DNA of 64,000 nucleotides from Lama guanicoe (taxonomy: Eukaryota). Position numbers and translations under genes: made by a program. Shown here in pieces: positions 12,487-23,879 of the stretch (position 1 is its first letter; each line of letters begins with the position of its first letter). Under the pieces are notes generated by a model. It saw only the letters and a list, made by a program, of their open reading frames with translations, was not told the DNA's origin and did no database searches. The stretch lies in NCBI GenBank assembly GCA_013239625.1, contig MU053376.1:148833-212832 (forward strand), given 5' to 3'.

Positions 12487-12935
12487 CTGGGGGAGGGACA
12501 CAGGCTCAGGGCCAAGGGTGGCCCAGGCAGGAAAGGTCGGGGGGTGGGCGGTTCCTGTGCATACGGCCTGTGTGTCGAGGCCTGAGTGCAGGGATGGGGA
12601 GGCCCTGAGCTTGGAGGCTTGGAACAACATGTGTGTCATCAATCAAGGACAGTGTTTCTTGGGGCCCTGATCTGTACTCATATCTCTGAGGATTTTGTCT
12701 CAAATGAAGTATTTTAAAGTAATTGCTGACACTGGGATGGGGAGAAGATTCCGGTCCCAGGAAGCTCACTCAGGGTGCGGACAGCCCAGGGGCCCGGGAG
12801 GCGGCTGAAAATTCAGTCCTCTCCCAGTCTCAGGAAGAGCTGGCTTTCTGGTGGTCTGGGGCCTTCCTGGGCCAGCTTTTCCACCCCGTGGCCATGCCAG
12901 AAACACGAGGGCCCTTTCCTGCTTCTCTCCTCTCA

Positions 12936-13274
<339 letters not shown>

Positions 13275-13731
13275 TCATGCAGCCTCTCTGCATGTCCATT
13301 TTCCAGCAGGGACTGGGGGAGGCTTAGCCCTGTCTTACGACTTCCTGGGAAGTAAGAGTTTCAGTGAGACAAGATGGCAAAAATTAAATACTGAAATGAA
13401 GCAGGGTGGTGCCCCAAGCCTTAAGGAACCACCGATGCAGTGAGTAGTCAAACTGCACTGAGCCTGGGCTCAGAAACCTGCATCCGAGGTCACGCACCCC
13501 GCACGCCCACCCCGATCCACCCAGGGCCTGGATTCCCGAGTTCCCCACCTGCCCCTGCCGCCGGGCTGCCTCCTGCCCTCTGTGCCCCAGGCTTTCTGGC
13601 AATAAAATGGGAATTTTGGAATGTGCTTAGTGCCCCTCAGCAACTCAAAGGCAGCATGGAAACTGCCAAGAAAGCCTTAGGCCCAAGAGAGGGAGGAGAC
13701 GGGAGGAGGAAGGCCCGAGCCGGGCACTCAC

Positions 13732-13882
13732 ATCCAGGTAGTTGGTGAGGACCACGGGCGTGGTTCTGTTGCCAAACGAGAGTCTCTTGGTGAACTGGCT
13801 CCACTCAGCACCGAGCCTGGCCACGTCCACACCTCGCTCCTTCAGGCTTTCCCGGACTGAGGGCATTTTCTTGAGGAAGATC
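13732..13882 (-). CDS. REN: Renin exon 2 (151 bp), prosegment and KR maturation site
   Basis: cag|G...GAT|gtgag; [50 protein letters not shown]. Confidence 0.97.
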
Positions 13883-16800
13883 CTGGCTCAGGATGGAGTA
13901 AGAAAAGGAAGAGCTCTGTACTCCCCGTAATAATGGCAGAGTTCTGGAAGCTTCTAAGACAACTACCCCCAATCCTAGGCCGGGCACCTAAGAATCGCTC
14001 TTGGGCCTGTAGGCCTCTGCAGGAGAATTTGCAAACCTCTGTGACCACCTGTGCTGGCAAGTAGCCCTCCGCTAACTCCGTCCTGTTGTCTGAGTTGGAG
14101 CTCTGTCACCTCAAGGCCGTTCGTTCATTCATTCATCCATTCCATAATCGTGTGTCGAACACTTACTCTGCCCTTGCGCCATGCTGGATACTAGAGACAC
14201 AAAGATCATCTCTGCCTTCAAGGAGATCCAGCAGGTGAGGAGACAGGAGGAAACCGCACTGACTTCCCCTCTAAGGAGAGGAAGGCTAGGGGTGCCCCCG
14301 TCAAGGCTGGACAGGAGGAGGCAGTGCCACATGGAGCCTGCAGGTGGCAGCAGACACCTGCAGCGGCCACCGCGGGGCTCCAGGATGCCCGCAGGCAGGC
14401 GCCCAGCCAGGGCCGCGAATGGAGTAGACTGACTGAACTGGGTCCGGCAGGGGGAGAGGCGGGCATCTCCAGAGTGCCTGGGCAGCCTGTCCTTGGAAAG
14501 ATGTGCCTTCTTGAGCCTAAGTCCCAGTCCCTCGGGTTCTTGTCCTGACACTTTCCTATCACCTTTGGGAGGCAGAATTAAGGAGGCCTGGGAAATTCAC
14601 AGCGTACTGAGCTGCCACCAGATGAGTGCCAGACACTGTGCATGCCCCCCGCCCATCCATGTAACCCTCATAACAACTCTGCAAGCTGGCTGTCACAGTC
14701 CTCACTTTATGATAAGGAAACAAGGGCTCGCAGGGATGAGGTGACTCCGTAGTGACGGAGCAGGGATTCAAAGCGCTGTGTCTGCCCCTGTTTCCCATGT
14801 AGGGTCCCCTGGGCTCTGACATGAAGCTCTGTGTGCCAAAGCCTGGAGGAAGATGTCCCAGGCTGCCGGGGCTGGGGGACGCCAGGGCTGCAGCCCAGCG
14901 TCTGGGTTACCTCTCCTCTTCCCCTGTACTAGGACTGCCCGTCCTCTAACACCCCTCGCATTCTCTGCACCGATTGTTGCCCACAAACATAAACACAGCT
15001 TTCATGCCTGTCAGCCTGATGCCTTAATGGAAATGACTCGTCGTATTCATAACATAGTCTGCTGTTCCCAAAGTGTTTTCGCAATTCTGATTTTTCAAGG
15101 CTGACTCTCAAGCCTCTCCTTCCACAGATGGGAAAATGGGGGTCGGAGAAGACTTGACTCCAAAGAGGGCTCATTTTCCACTGTTTGCTCTGAACAGCCT
15201 CTGCTTTGGACCTTTCCTTTTCAGAAAGTCCCTTCCTGCGCCGCCCCCACCCCCACCCCCAAAAGCCCCGCACGCACCCTCACTTCCAGGAAGCTTGCCC
15301 CATGATCTCCGTCCACCCTGGCCTCACCCTCACCCTCACCTGGGGTCCTGCTCCGTTTTTCTCAGGTGCTCACAGCCAGCCCTGCACAGCCTCCTGTCCA
15401 TGGAGGTGGTGTGGTCTGAGCTGGTGAGGGCATAGTGATTGTGAGGACATGCTTGAATCCCTTCCTACCTGTGTGATTCTGAGCAATTTACCTAACCTCT
15501 CTGGGCCTTCTCTGAGCCCACATTAACTCCTCTATAAAAATGGGCTTAATGGCAGTACCTACCTCTGAGAATCACTATGCAGATTAACCGAGCTGGCCAC
15601 TGCTTGATAAGCCTGCAAGGCGTCTGTGTATGTATAAGGCAACCACGGCACCTTGAGAATGGGGTCCAGCTGTCAGATCTCAAAGAGCCTTGCACGGTGG
15701 CAAAATTCCTCTAAGCGTGTTTCGAAAATCTGACGCCCTCTGCATCCTAACCCAATCCCATTCTTCTGCTTTTGAAGAGAACAAGGAAGAACGGTTTTAC
15801 CTCTATCAGCCTTTCCCCAAGGGGTGGGGGCTGTGCTCAGGCACACGCTGCTGGGACGCTCCCAGTCCCTCACATGGCGCCCCCAACCCAGCTGTTCCTC
15901 TCCATGAGCCCGGGAGCAGCGGAAAGAGGCTTTGAAACAAGAGGCCCAGTGTGTGCCCAGGCTTAGCCTCTTATGTGCGACCTCCCCGAGCCTCAGTGTC
16001 CTCAGCTATAAAATGGGGCTGTTGGGTTTTTGGGAGTGTAGCTCAAGATGAGATATGGGAAAGGATCCTGTGAAGTCCTCAGCAACCATTTCTGTTATTA
16101 AAACCCATCCTCTTACTTTCAAGTCTTCTGGTCCCGTCTGCACCCCTCAACCTGAAACCCTTTCTCCACGAGGCTCTCACCCACCCAACCTCTCCCCTTC
16201 CGCAGCCTTGTAGAATTGCTTGTTCCTGCAGGCCTGGCACCGAAGAGGAATGTTATGTCTTTCTCTTCCTGCCCTTGGGCTGCCTTAAGCCTTTCTTTTA
16301 ACATTTGTGATAATGTGCCCCGAAGCGTAACCACAGCTGGGTTTTGCAGCACACCCGCACCGAGCAAAGGGATTTGCACGCATCGTCTGGTTCAGTCTTC
16401 CAAGAGGCTCTGTAATGTAGGTGCTGTCATTATGCCTGTTTTAAAAATGGTAAACTGAGACCTGGAGAGGTTCAGCATCTTGCCCGTGGTTCCAGAACTA
16501 GTTGGTTTGCTAGTGGAGCAGAAAGCAAACCAAGGCAATTCAACTCTAGAAGAAGCCTTGCGCGGAACTATGTCCCGCAGCTTCCCTGGTGGACTTCCCT
16601 GGTAGTCAGGCTGTGAGCTCTTTGAGGGCATGAAGTATGTCTCAGTCATCGCTGAGTCCCCCCTCCGTGCCTCGCATGGTGATCTGTGCAGGAAGTGAAA
16701 GCTCCGGCCAGGGATTGGAAGACACGGCTTCCAGGCTGTGATGCTGGGCGAGTCACCCAACCTTTCTGAATTGGGATCATACCTCCCTGCCCTGCTGGTC

Positions 16801-16898
16801 ATGTGGATTGGATGACATCACACATCTGAAAGTTGGGGTGTTAGGAAAATCAGAATCCCTTCCCCTGCCCCTGCCACCCTCCCTCCCAGCCGAGTTAC

Positions 16899-16978
16899 CG
16901 TCTGAAGGCACCGGTGTCTACAGGGAGACCAAAGGTGCAGGAGCCCCAGAGAGCCAGCAGGAGTCCCCAGCGAGGCAT
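16899..16978 (-). CDS. REN: Renin exon 1 coding part (80 bp), signal peptide
   Basis: ATG at 16978; [26 protein letters not shown] then CG|gtaac. The ten exons total 1206 nt = 401 aa plus stop. Confidence 0.93.
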
Positions 16979-17047
16979 TCTGCTCCACGGGTCCAGCCTT
17001 CACCTGGCCCCCAGCTCTCTTCGGGATCCACTGAAGAACCCTTCTCC

Positions 17048-17250
17048 TTTTATACGCTCCACACTCGGGATGGTGGCGATTCTGCTTGGCCCTAATTTAT
17101 TACCCTGGGGCAGATGGCAGGGCAGCCAATAATAAATCCCCCATGGGACCCAGCTAGGTGGGTGAAGGGTGATCAGGTTTCTGATGCGGAGCAGGAGGGC
17201 TAGGAAAGGACGGCTGTGGGAAAGCAAGGCTGTACCCAGTGACGCCAGCA
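17048..17250 (-). promoter_or_regulatory. REN: REN proximal promoter: TATAAAA (17048-17054), HOX/PBX-type element (17093-17102), RBPJ site TGTGGGAA (17215-17222), CRE-like TGACGCCA (17240-17247)
   Basis: Motifs seen directly; order and spacing match the recalled human renin promoter. Confidence 0.85.
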
Positions 17251-18374
17251 GCCCTGTCGCAGCCTGGCCTTGTGACCCCTCAGAGAAGACAGAGGCTGCT
17301 GAGAAACAGCGCTGCTCGGGAACAAGGTCGGGGCTGGGGCAGGCTTAGAACCCAGGTTTCCAGGCCCCAGCCAGTCTCCACTCCTTATGTCTTTGAAGCT
17401 CTGTCCTCTCTATTAACCTGGGCTGTGCCCCTGACTGGCTTCTCCCAGCTGCATCTCCGTGTTCCCATCTGGAACATGGGTGACCCCTCCTGGCTTGTTC
17501 CCTGATAGAGCCAGCCCCAGGGGCCTCAATACTGCCTCCCTCCACCTCCATCAGCAGCAACTGTTTACGGGAAAGCGCAGCACGGGAGAAGAGGCGCCTC
17601 GTGTGGCCCTCTGGACGAGAGGCCTGGGGGCCGGGGGCGTGTGTCCATCCTCAGAGACCTAGCCTCGCAGAGGCTTCTGCCAAAGACTGAGGTGGGGCGG
17701 CTGGTCTTCCAGCCCCTCCTCCTGCTTCTGCTCGGCCCCGGTCCTCTCTGGGCCCTGTCTCTGCCAGTCTTGGGCAGCTCACCAGGCGCACACCTGGCTC
17801 CTAAATCCCAGACGGGCGCTGTTTATTCAGCTTAGGCTGCCCTCTCCTGGCTTTTCCCGCCTCGTTCCTCGGGGTCCGCAGCAATATCAGTACCTCCCCT
17901 GTGGAGCAGGTGCTGATTCAGCCTGGAAGTGACAGTTTCTGTTGGGGGCTCCCACAGTGCAGGTACGACCCTACTGTGTGTGTGTTCATCTGCTTCTGGC
18001 TCAAAGTGGTGCCTAATACTTATTGAGTGAGTGACCAGTGAACTGTGATGGGCAGTGCCAGAGCACTGGCACGGTTGTCAGGGAACTGGGTTCTAGTTCT
18101 GACTACCACCAACTGGCTGTGTGACATGGGAACCCCCTCCTGTCTCTGGGCTTCAGTTCCCAAATCTGTATAATGAAGCAGACGCTGAGTGGCCCAGGGC
18201 GCCTTCCTGCTCAGACACGCTGCTAGTCCATGTCCTGTGTCTCCAGGGCACTGCTCTCCGCACTGATTGTGGGCAGTGAGGACTTAACCGGAGAAGCTAA
18301 GCTGTGCTGCTAATGTGTTGACTAATGAATGCGTTTGGGCCTCTGAAATTATAACACCCTTACCCAATGACGGT

Positions 18375-18510
18375 GGGGGGGGTATAGCTCAAGTGGCAGA
18401 GAGCATGCTTAGCATGCACGAGGTCCTGGGTGCAATCCTCAGTACCACCTCTAAGAATAAATCAATGAATAAACCTAAATACCTCCCCCGACCAAAAACA
18501 AAAACAAAAC
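18375..18510 (+). mobile_element. tRNA-derived SINE (camelid Vic-1-like)
   Basis: gggtatagctcaagtggcaga (A box)...gtcctgggtgcaatcc (B box)...aataaacctaaatacctcccc, A-rich tail. Confidence 0.85.
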
Positions 18511-19095
18511 CAAGATGTTGGGAGAACTGGGGGGTTCTTGGCAGCGGAGGAAGTATTTGAAGGCAGGGGAGAACTTTTTAGAAGCCCTGAAAGTGGGAAC
18601 ATCTGTCTTGTCAGACGGAATGACTGCTAAGCACCCCCACAGGCCTCAGTGCACTTTCATTCCTCTTTCATTATTAACAAGTGTCCACCGAGCATTTCTC
18701 ATCTTTCTTAGGTATGTCAGGCGCTTTTCTAGATGCTGCAGTTACAAAGGCGACAGAAACGAACACAGTTCCTTCTCAGCAGTGTGAAGTGGGTACCCTC
18801 ATGCCCACTGCTCAGACCAGGAAGCTGAGGCTGCAGGGAACTCAGGGAAGGACGCGCTTCGCCTTGGGACCCCAGGCCCCTCTCTGGGGCTGTGGGTGTC
18901 AGAGATGACCAGCACAGCCAAAGGGATTTGGAGGAAAGGGGTGCTGAGCTGTGGCTGAGTCTGCCAAGCCCACAGAGCTTTCTGGGGTGGGGGGGAGCTC
19001 TTTAAAGCCCCCGTCTAGCTGCAAGTTAGACACCCAGCACAGTGCAGCAGGACCCTCACCTGTATTCCAGGTCAGGACTCAAGACTCTCCTGTGG

Positions 19096-19221
19096 TGGGG
19101 GGAGGGTACAGCTCAGCGGTAAAGTGTGTACTTAGCATGCGCTAGGTCTTGGGTTCCGTCCCTAGTACCTCCATTAAATAAGTAAATAAACCTAATTACC
19201 TCTCTTTCCCCCCCACCAAAA
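19096..19221 (+). mobile_element. tRNA-derived SINE (Vic-1-like) with 15-bp TSD
   Basis: Same head and tail; flanked by aagactctcctgtgg (19081-19095) and aagaccctcctgagg (19222-19236). Confidence 0.88.
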
Positions 19222-20244
19222 AAGACCCTCCTGAGGCAAAGGCAGAGCCAGGGACCTAGCCAGCCAGTCAGGCCCTCTGCGGCCTCAGGCGCTCTCCAGC
19301 CCCAGACGTCCTTCCCGCCCATACCCCTGTTCCTGCCAGTGTGTGCAGCACACGTGCGTGCTGGCCCTGGGACCAGCAGAGGGGACAAGTGTGAATAAGA
19401 GTGAGTAACCTCATCAGGAGAGACACATAACACCATGAGGCCCCTTTCAAATGGTACAAGAGCGTTGCAGGGACCAGAGGAGAGACAAGGAAACCAACTT
19501 CTGAGATGGTGATGCGGCCCGGAAATGACAGTCTCCTGTTTCTCCTGGTCGCTCTAGCTCAGAGGCTGGGGGGTGAAGACGTCCCTTGTCCTCAGGGCTC
19601 CTCTCAGTCCACCTCCCCCCTCAAGTCCCATGGGCCTGAGATCCTGAGACCAGAAACCGGGTACCACATCTAAGCAAGACTGGGAATGAGTGAGGATCCT
19701 GAAAGCAAGACCTGAAGGCCCGTGGAGGACTCGGTGTGTCCTGACTGCCTGCGGGTGGCCTGGCCTGTTCCTGTGCCGTGTCCGCTGTCGGGCGGGAATG
19801 ATCTGGAAGGCGGCTGGATTGGCCATGAGAGTCTCCCTCTCTGAACGTAGGCCTCCCAGTGCCCGGGGCTGTAGGGGGGAAGGAGTGTGGGTAGGGACCC
19901 TTCTCGGGTTATCTCCCAGGCCCCGGCAGCCCGGGGTCCAGTGTTTCTCACAGAAGCCCCCAGGGATCCCACGTCTAGGCCCCAGGCTGCGTCACCTCGG
20001 GGTCGGGGAAGCAGAGCTGGCAGAGGCAGAGAGAAGGGTTGGGCCGCACCTGCCCTTTCCCCTAGGGCAGACCCATGACGTGAGAACCATGAGAACCAGT
20101 CCGGAGAGGCATAAATCCCGTCAGAGCCAGGCCCTCTCCTCTGTCTTCAGATCCCAGGCCTGGGTGTGCAGAGGGGGCGGGCAGGGGCTTCCAGATGGGG
20201 GGGGGGCTCTGGGAATCTCGGGAGATGAGTGGTGCTCAGGGCTT

Positions 20245-20299
20245 CTTTCTTCTTCTTCTTCTTCTCATTATTATTATCATTATCATTATTATTATTATT
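20245..20299. repeat. Compound (CTT)n/(TAT/CAT)n microsatellite
   Basis: tcttcttcttcttct followed by cattattattatcattatcattattattattat. Confidence 0.9.
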
Positions 20300-20720
20300 T
20301 AAATTATAATCCCATTTTTTAATACACATGCATGAAAAAGATCTAGAAGGACATATATAAAAAAGTTAACTGATATCTCTGGGTAAGACTTATGTGTGTT
20401 TTTTATTTTCTGCTCTCTTAAATTTTCCAAAATTTTTATAGTGACTACACAGTATTTTATTTTCATTGTCTACATCATTCAACAGGAAAAAGTATAAGCC
20501 AATTTAGTAAATAAGTAAGATGGTAAAAAAAAAATTAGTTTATGCCCAGACACAAATATGCAAACACACACACACGTATATATATAAACATTTATGTGTG
20601 AAACATAAAATGTTATAGCTGTCTGTGGTGATAGCTGTTTATCAAGTGACTACTACTGAATATGTGATTAAGTCTTTTTTATCAGTTTTGAGTTAAAATA
20701 CGTGTATTTCAGGAAAGCCA

Positions 20721-20811
20721 TTATCATTATTATTAAATGGAAGTGCTGGGGGTTGAACCCAGGACCTCATGCATACTAAGCACACACTCTACCACTGAGC
20801 TATACCCTCCT
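20721..20811 (-). mobile_element. tRNA-derived SINE (Vic-1-like, short form)
   Basis: aaatggaagtgctgggggttgaacccaggacctc...ctctaccactgagctataccctcc. Confidence 0.85.
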
Positions 20812-22649
20812 CACCTCCAGGGTTTCTTTAAAAATGGCCCCAAACCCACTTTGCTCCATGCTAATGATCTTAAGGTGATTTGGATATTATGACCAAGGCT
20901 GAGAGAGGCCAAAGGAGGTGAAGGGAGAGAAGGCTGATGGCACGAAGGGCCTGATTTTTGCTGCTTTGAAAGGAGCGTGGATTTATGCCCGGCCAGCAGT
21001 CGCTGAGTGGAAAGAGGAAGAGGGCAAAGAGGGTAGACTTAGAGTTGGGAAGTTAAATATCTTTGGGCCAGTCCTACTTCTGTTCATAAAAAAATGAACA
21101 GGAAAGCAGGAGAAAAGATAGAAAAGCAGACATGTCTTTCCTCTGCCTGTCTTCCTCTCCATGTCACACTTAGCTCCCCGTCCTTGGAGGGCCCCAGCTT
21201 GCGTCTAGGAGGAATTTTTCAATCAGATGGAGGCACTGAGCTTGCAGAGAGGAGCAGCTGGGGCCTTGAGAGAGAAAAAAGACCCAGAATGGAGTTTAAT
21301 AACCAGCCAGGGCTGCCTTGTGTGGGTGGACCCTCCAGAGGGATTAATTACTCAGAAGGCATCGGGGTTGGGACCAGGAGCCCCTTGGAGTGAGGGGTCG
21401 GAGGGACCTGCTGAGAACCAAGCGTCTTTAGCTGTTTGTTCTGGGGACCTTGGAGGAACAGGAATTTAGCTACAGGGTTGGGGTGATCCCAGCCTGAGGC
21501 CTGCTCAAGTGGTGACCCAGGAAAATTGAAGGCAGGTGACACAGGTCTTGGGAGCTGCAGGGGTCTGGAGGGGGGACAGGATTACAAGGGGGCAGAGGTC
21601 TTGGTGGGAGAGCTGGTCGAAGGAACGTTCCTGACATGAGATGCACCCATGTAGTGGGTCCAGACACCGTATCCTGAGGCATGAAAGCTTTTCCCCAAAT
21701 GGCACTGGGGGTCTGTTTCATTATCAAAAGAGGCTTAAACTGGAAGGTCCTTTCTCCAGAGGTGGGGTGACGGTGGAGCAGCTCGGAGGAGGGTGTGTGT
21801 TCGTGTGTTGGAGGGGGGAGTGGTGATGCAGGGTCGGTGGTTCTGATGGGAGGGTGCTGGGGGGTTGTGTGCTCAAACGTCACCAGCAGAAGGATAGTGG
21901 GGGCGGAGGGGGGCTGTTAGGGAGGTGGGTGCATCCCGAGGACGTTTCCAGAAAGTGGACCCCTTCCCTCCTTCCCTCCTCCCTTCCCTCCTTCCTTCCC
22001 TCTCCCCCTCTCTTTTTTTTAAAATGAGAAAAAGAAATGCTTTAGTTTTAAAATCCACCAGAACTAAAAGGCTTTTAAGGAGAACCAGCAGTCTCCAGTC
22101 CTGCCCCCAGTCCCCATGCCCAGCCCTGTTCTGCAGAGGCGACATCTTCAACCCTCTCCACTATTTCTCTCTCCTTGGTCGTCCATATTCCTGAAGGTTA
22201 TGCTTAAATTGCCATTTCTTAATATTTCAATTTTATTCATTATTTTTTCTTCTTCTTTCATGGCAGATAAGGATTTTTCTTTCTTATACTCTGGCCCTCC
22301 AATCTTGGCAAAATCAAAAGCACCAGTATTTACATTATTATAATTAAATTAACGTTCACAGTGTATTGTGGTTACATTTCCTTGTGTAATTTTTTGCTTT
22401 TCATTAAGTTCATTATTGCCCCCCTCCTCTTTCCCACTCTTTGTTTTTCTACGATCCTGTGAATTCTGCTCAGATGCTCCATCGCCCCTCCACCTGGTGT
22501 GATGTCCGGGTAAAGCACCGGTGGGACTTCTCCTGGGAGCTCCTGGATCTGCTGTACATCACTGTCTGGGGGCTCTCTTTGCGGTTCTCCTCTGTGGCTT
22601 TCTGTGCCCGGGCTCTGGGGGCGTTCCTCTTTCTCACTTGACACTGGTG

Positions 22650-23450
22650 TTTAAGTGGAACGTGTATTTTAAAGCTTACTGAGAAAGGATGCAGGAAAAG
22701 TAAGCACTTTCAGTCCTGGCATGTCTAGAAATGCTTCCGTTCAACCCTTCCTCTTTATAGTTTGGGTGTGAATAGAATTCTAGGTTGGAATTTATTTTCC
22801 CTGTGAAATTGGAAATTGTTTTTCCAATAGCTTCTGAGTTTAACAAATCTGGTGCCACTCTGCTTCCAGACTCTTCTACAGTTTGATCTCTAGGGGATTT
22901 CACCACCTTTCCTTACCCCTGGTGTGGCTTTTTTCCCATGTGTGTACCGAGCACTCAGTGGATGCCCTCAACCTGGAAATCTGTGTCCTTCTGTTCCTGG
23001 AAACCGTCCTACATTAATTCTTTGGTAATTGCTTCCTTCCCATTTTCTCCTTTCTTCTGGAACTCAGTAGGATATTGCAACTTCTTTTTTGTTTTCTAAG
23101 TTTCTTATATTTTATCTCCTGATTTCTTTTTGTTCCACCTTCTACGAGATTTCCTTAACTTGATATCCCAACTCTTTTATTTCTTAAAAATATTTTTCTC
23201 CTATACTTTTAACTTCCAAAACTTTCCTTTCTCATTCCTTGACTATTCCTATGTTTATCGCGTCCACTACTTGTTTTATAGGCGCAAAGTTTTCTCTTAT
23301 GGCCTCTGAGAATATTAATGAAGACTAATTTTTTTCGTGGTGTCTCTAATTTCTGTTGTTTGTTTGCTTTAGTCTCCTCTTTCAAGCTGGCGGTTTTTTT
23401 CAAGTTCCCGGGACTCCTTGGCTCTCCATTCATGATTAAGAGGGACAGGT
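22650..23450 (-). mobile_element. Ancient L1/HAL1-like ORF1-region remnant
   Basis: T-rich plus strand; gaatagaattctaggttggaatttattttccctg is the reverse of an L1 ORF1-type 'RENxFQPRILxP' segment; boundaries approximate. Confidence 0.5.
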
Positions 23451-23529
23451 GGAGGGGCCTAGGAGCTCAGTGTGCAGGGGCAAGACTCACTCCAGATGGA
23501 GGCTATACGCAGGCTTTTCCCTGGGGCAC

Positions 23530-23879
23530 TGCCATAGACTGAATGTGTCCCCCAAAATCATTTGTTGAAATCCTAACCCCTCAATGTGATGGTATCAGGA
23601 GGTGGGGCCTTCGGTGAGGTATTTCGGTCATGAGGGTGGAGCCTTCATGAATGAGGTTCGTGCCCGTATAAAGGAGACCCTGAGCGCTCCCTCCTCCTCT
23701 CTGCCGTGTGAGGGCACAGCACAAGCACAGCCATTTCTGAACCAGGAAGCATGCACTGGATCTGGGGCCCCTTGATTTTGGACTTCTCCAGCCTCCAGAA
23801 CTGTGAGAAATAAATTGCTGTTGTTTACAAACCACTCAGTCTGTGGTACTTAGTTAAAGCAGCCACGTGGATTAAGGCA
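23530..23879 (+). mobile_element. MaLR solo LTR (MLT1A-like)
   Basis: TG...CA ends; aatgtgatggtatcaggaggtggggcctt and cagcctccagaactgtgagaaataaatt hallmarks; 5-bp TSD ggcac/ggtac. Confidence 0.88.
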
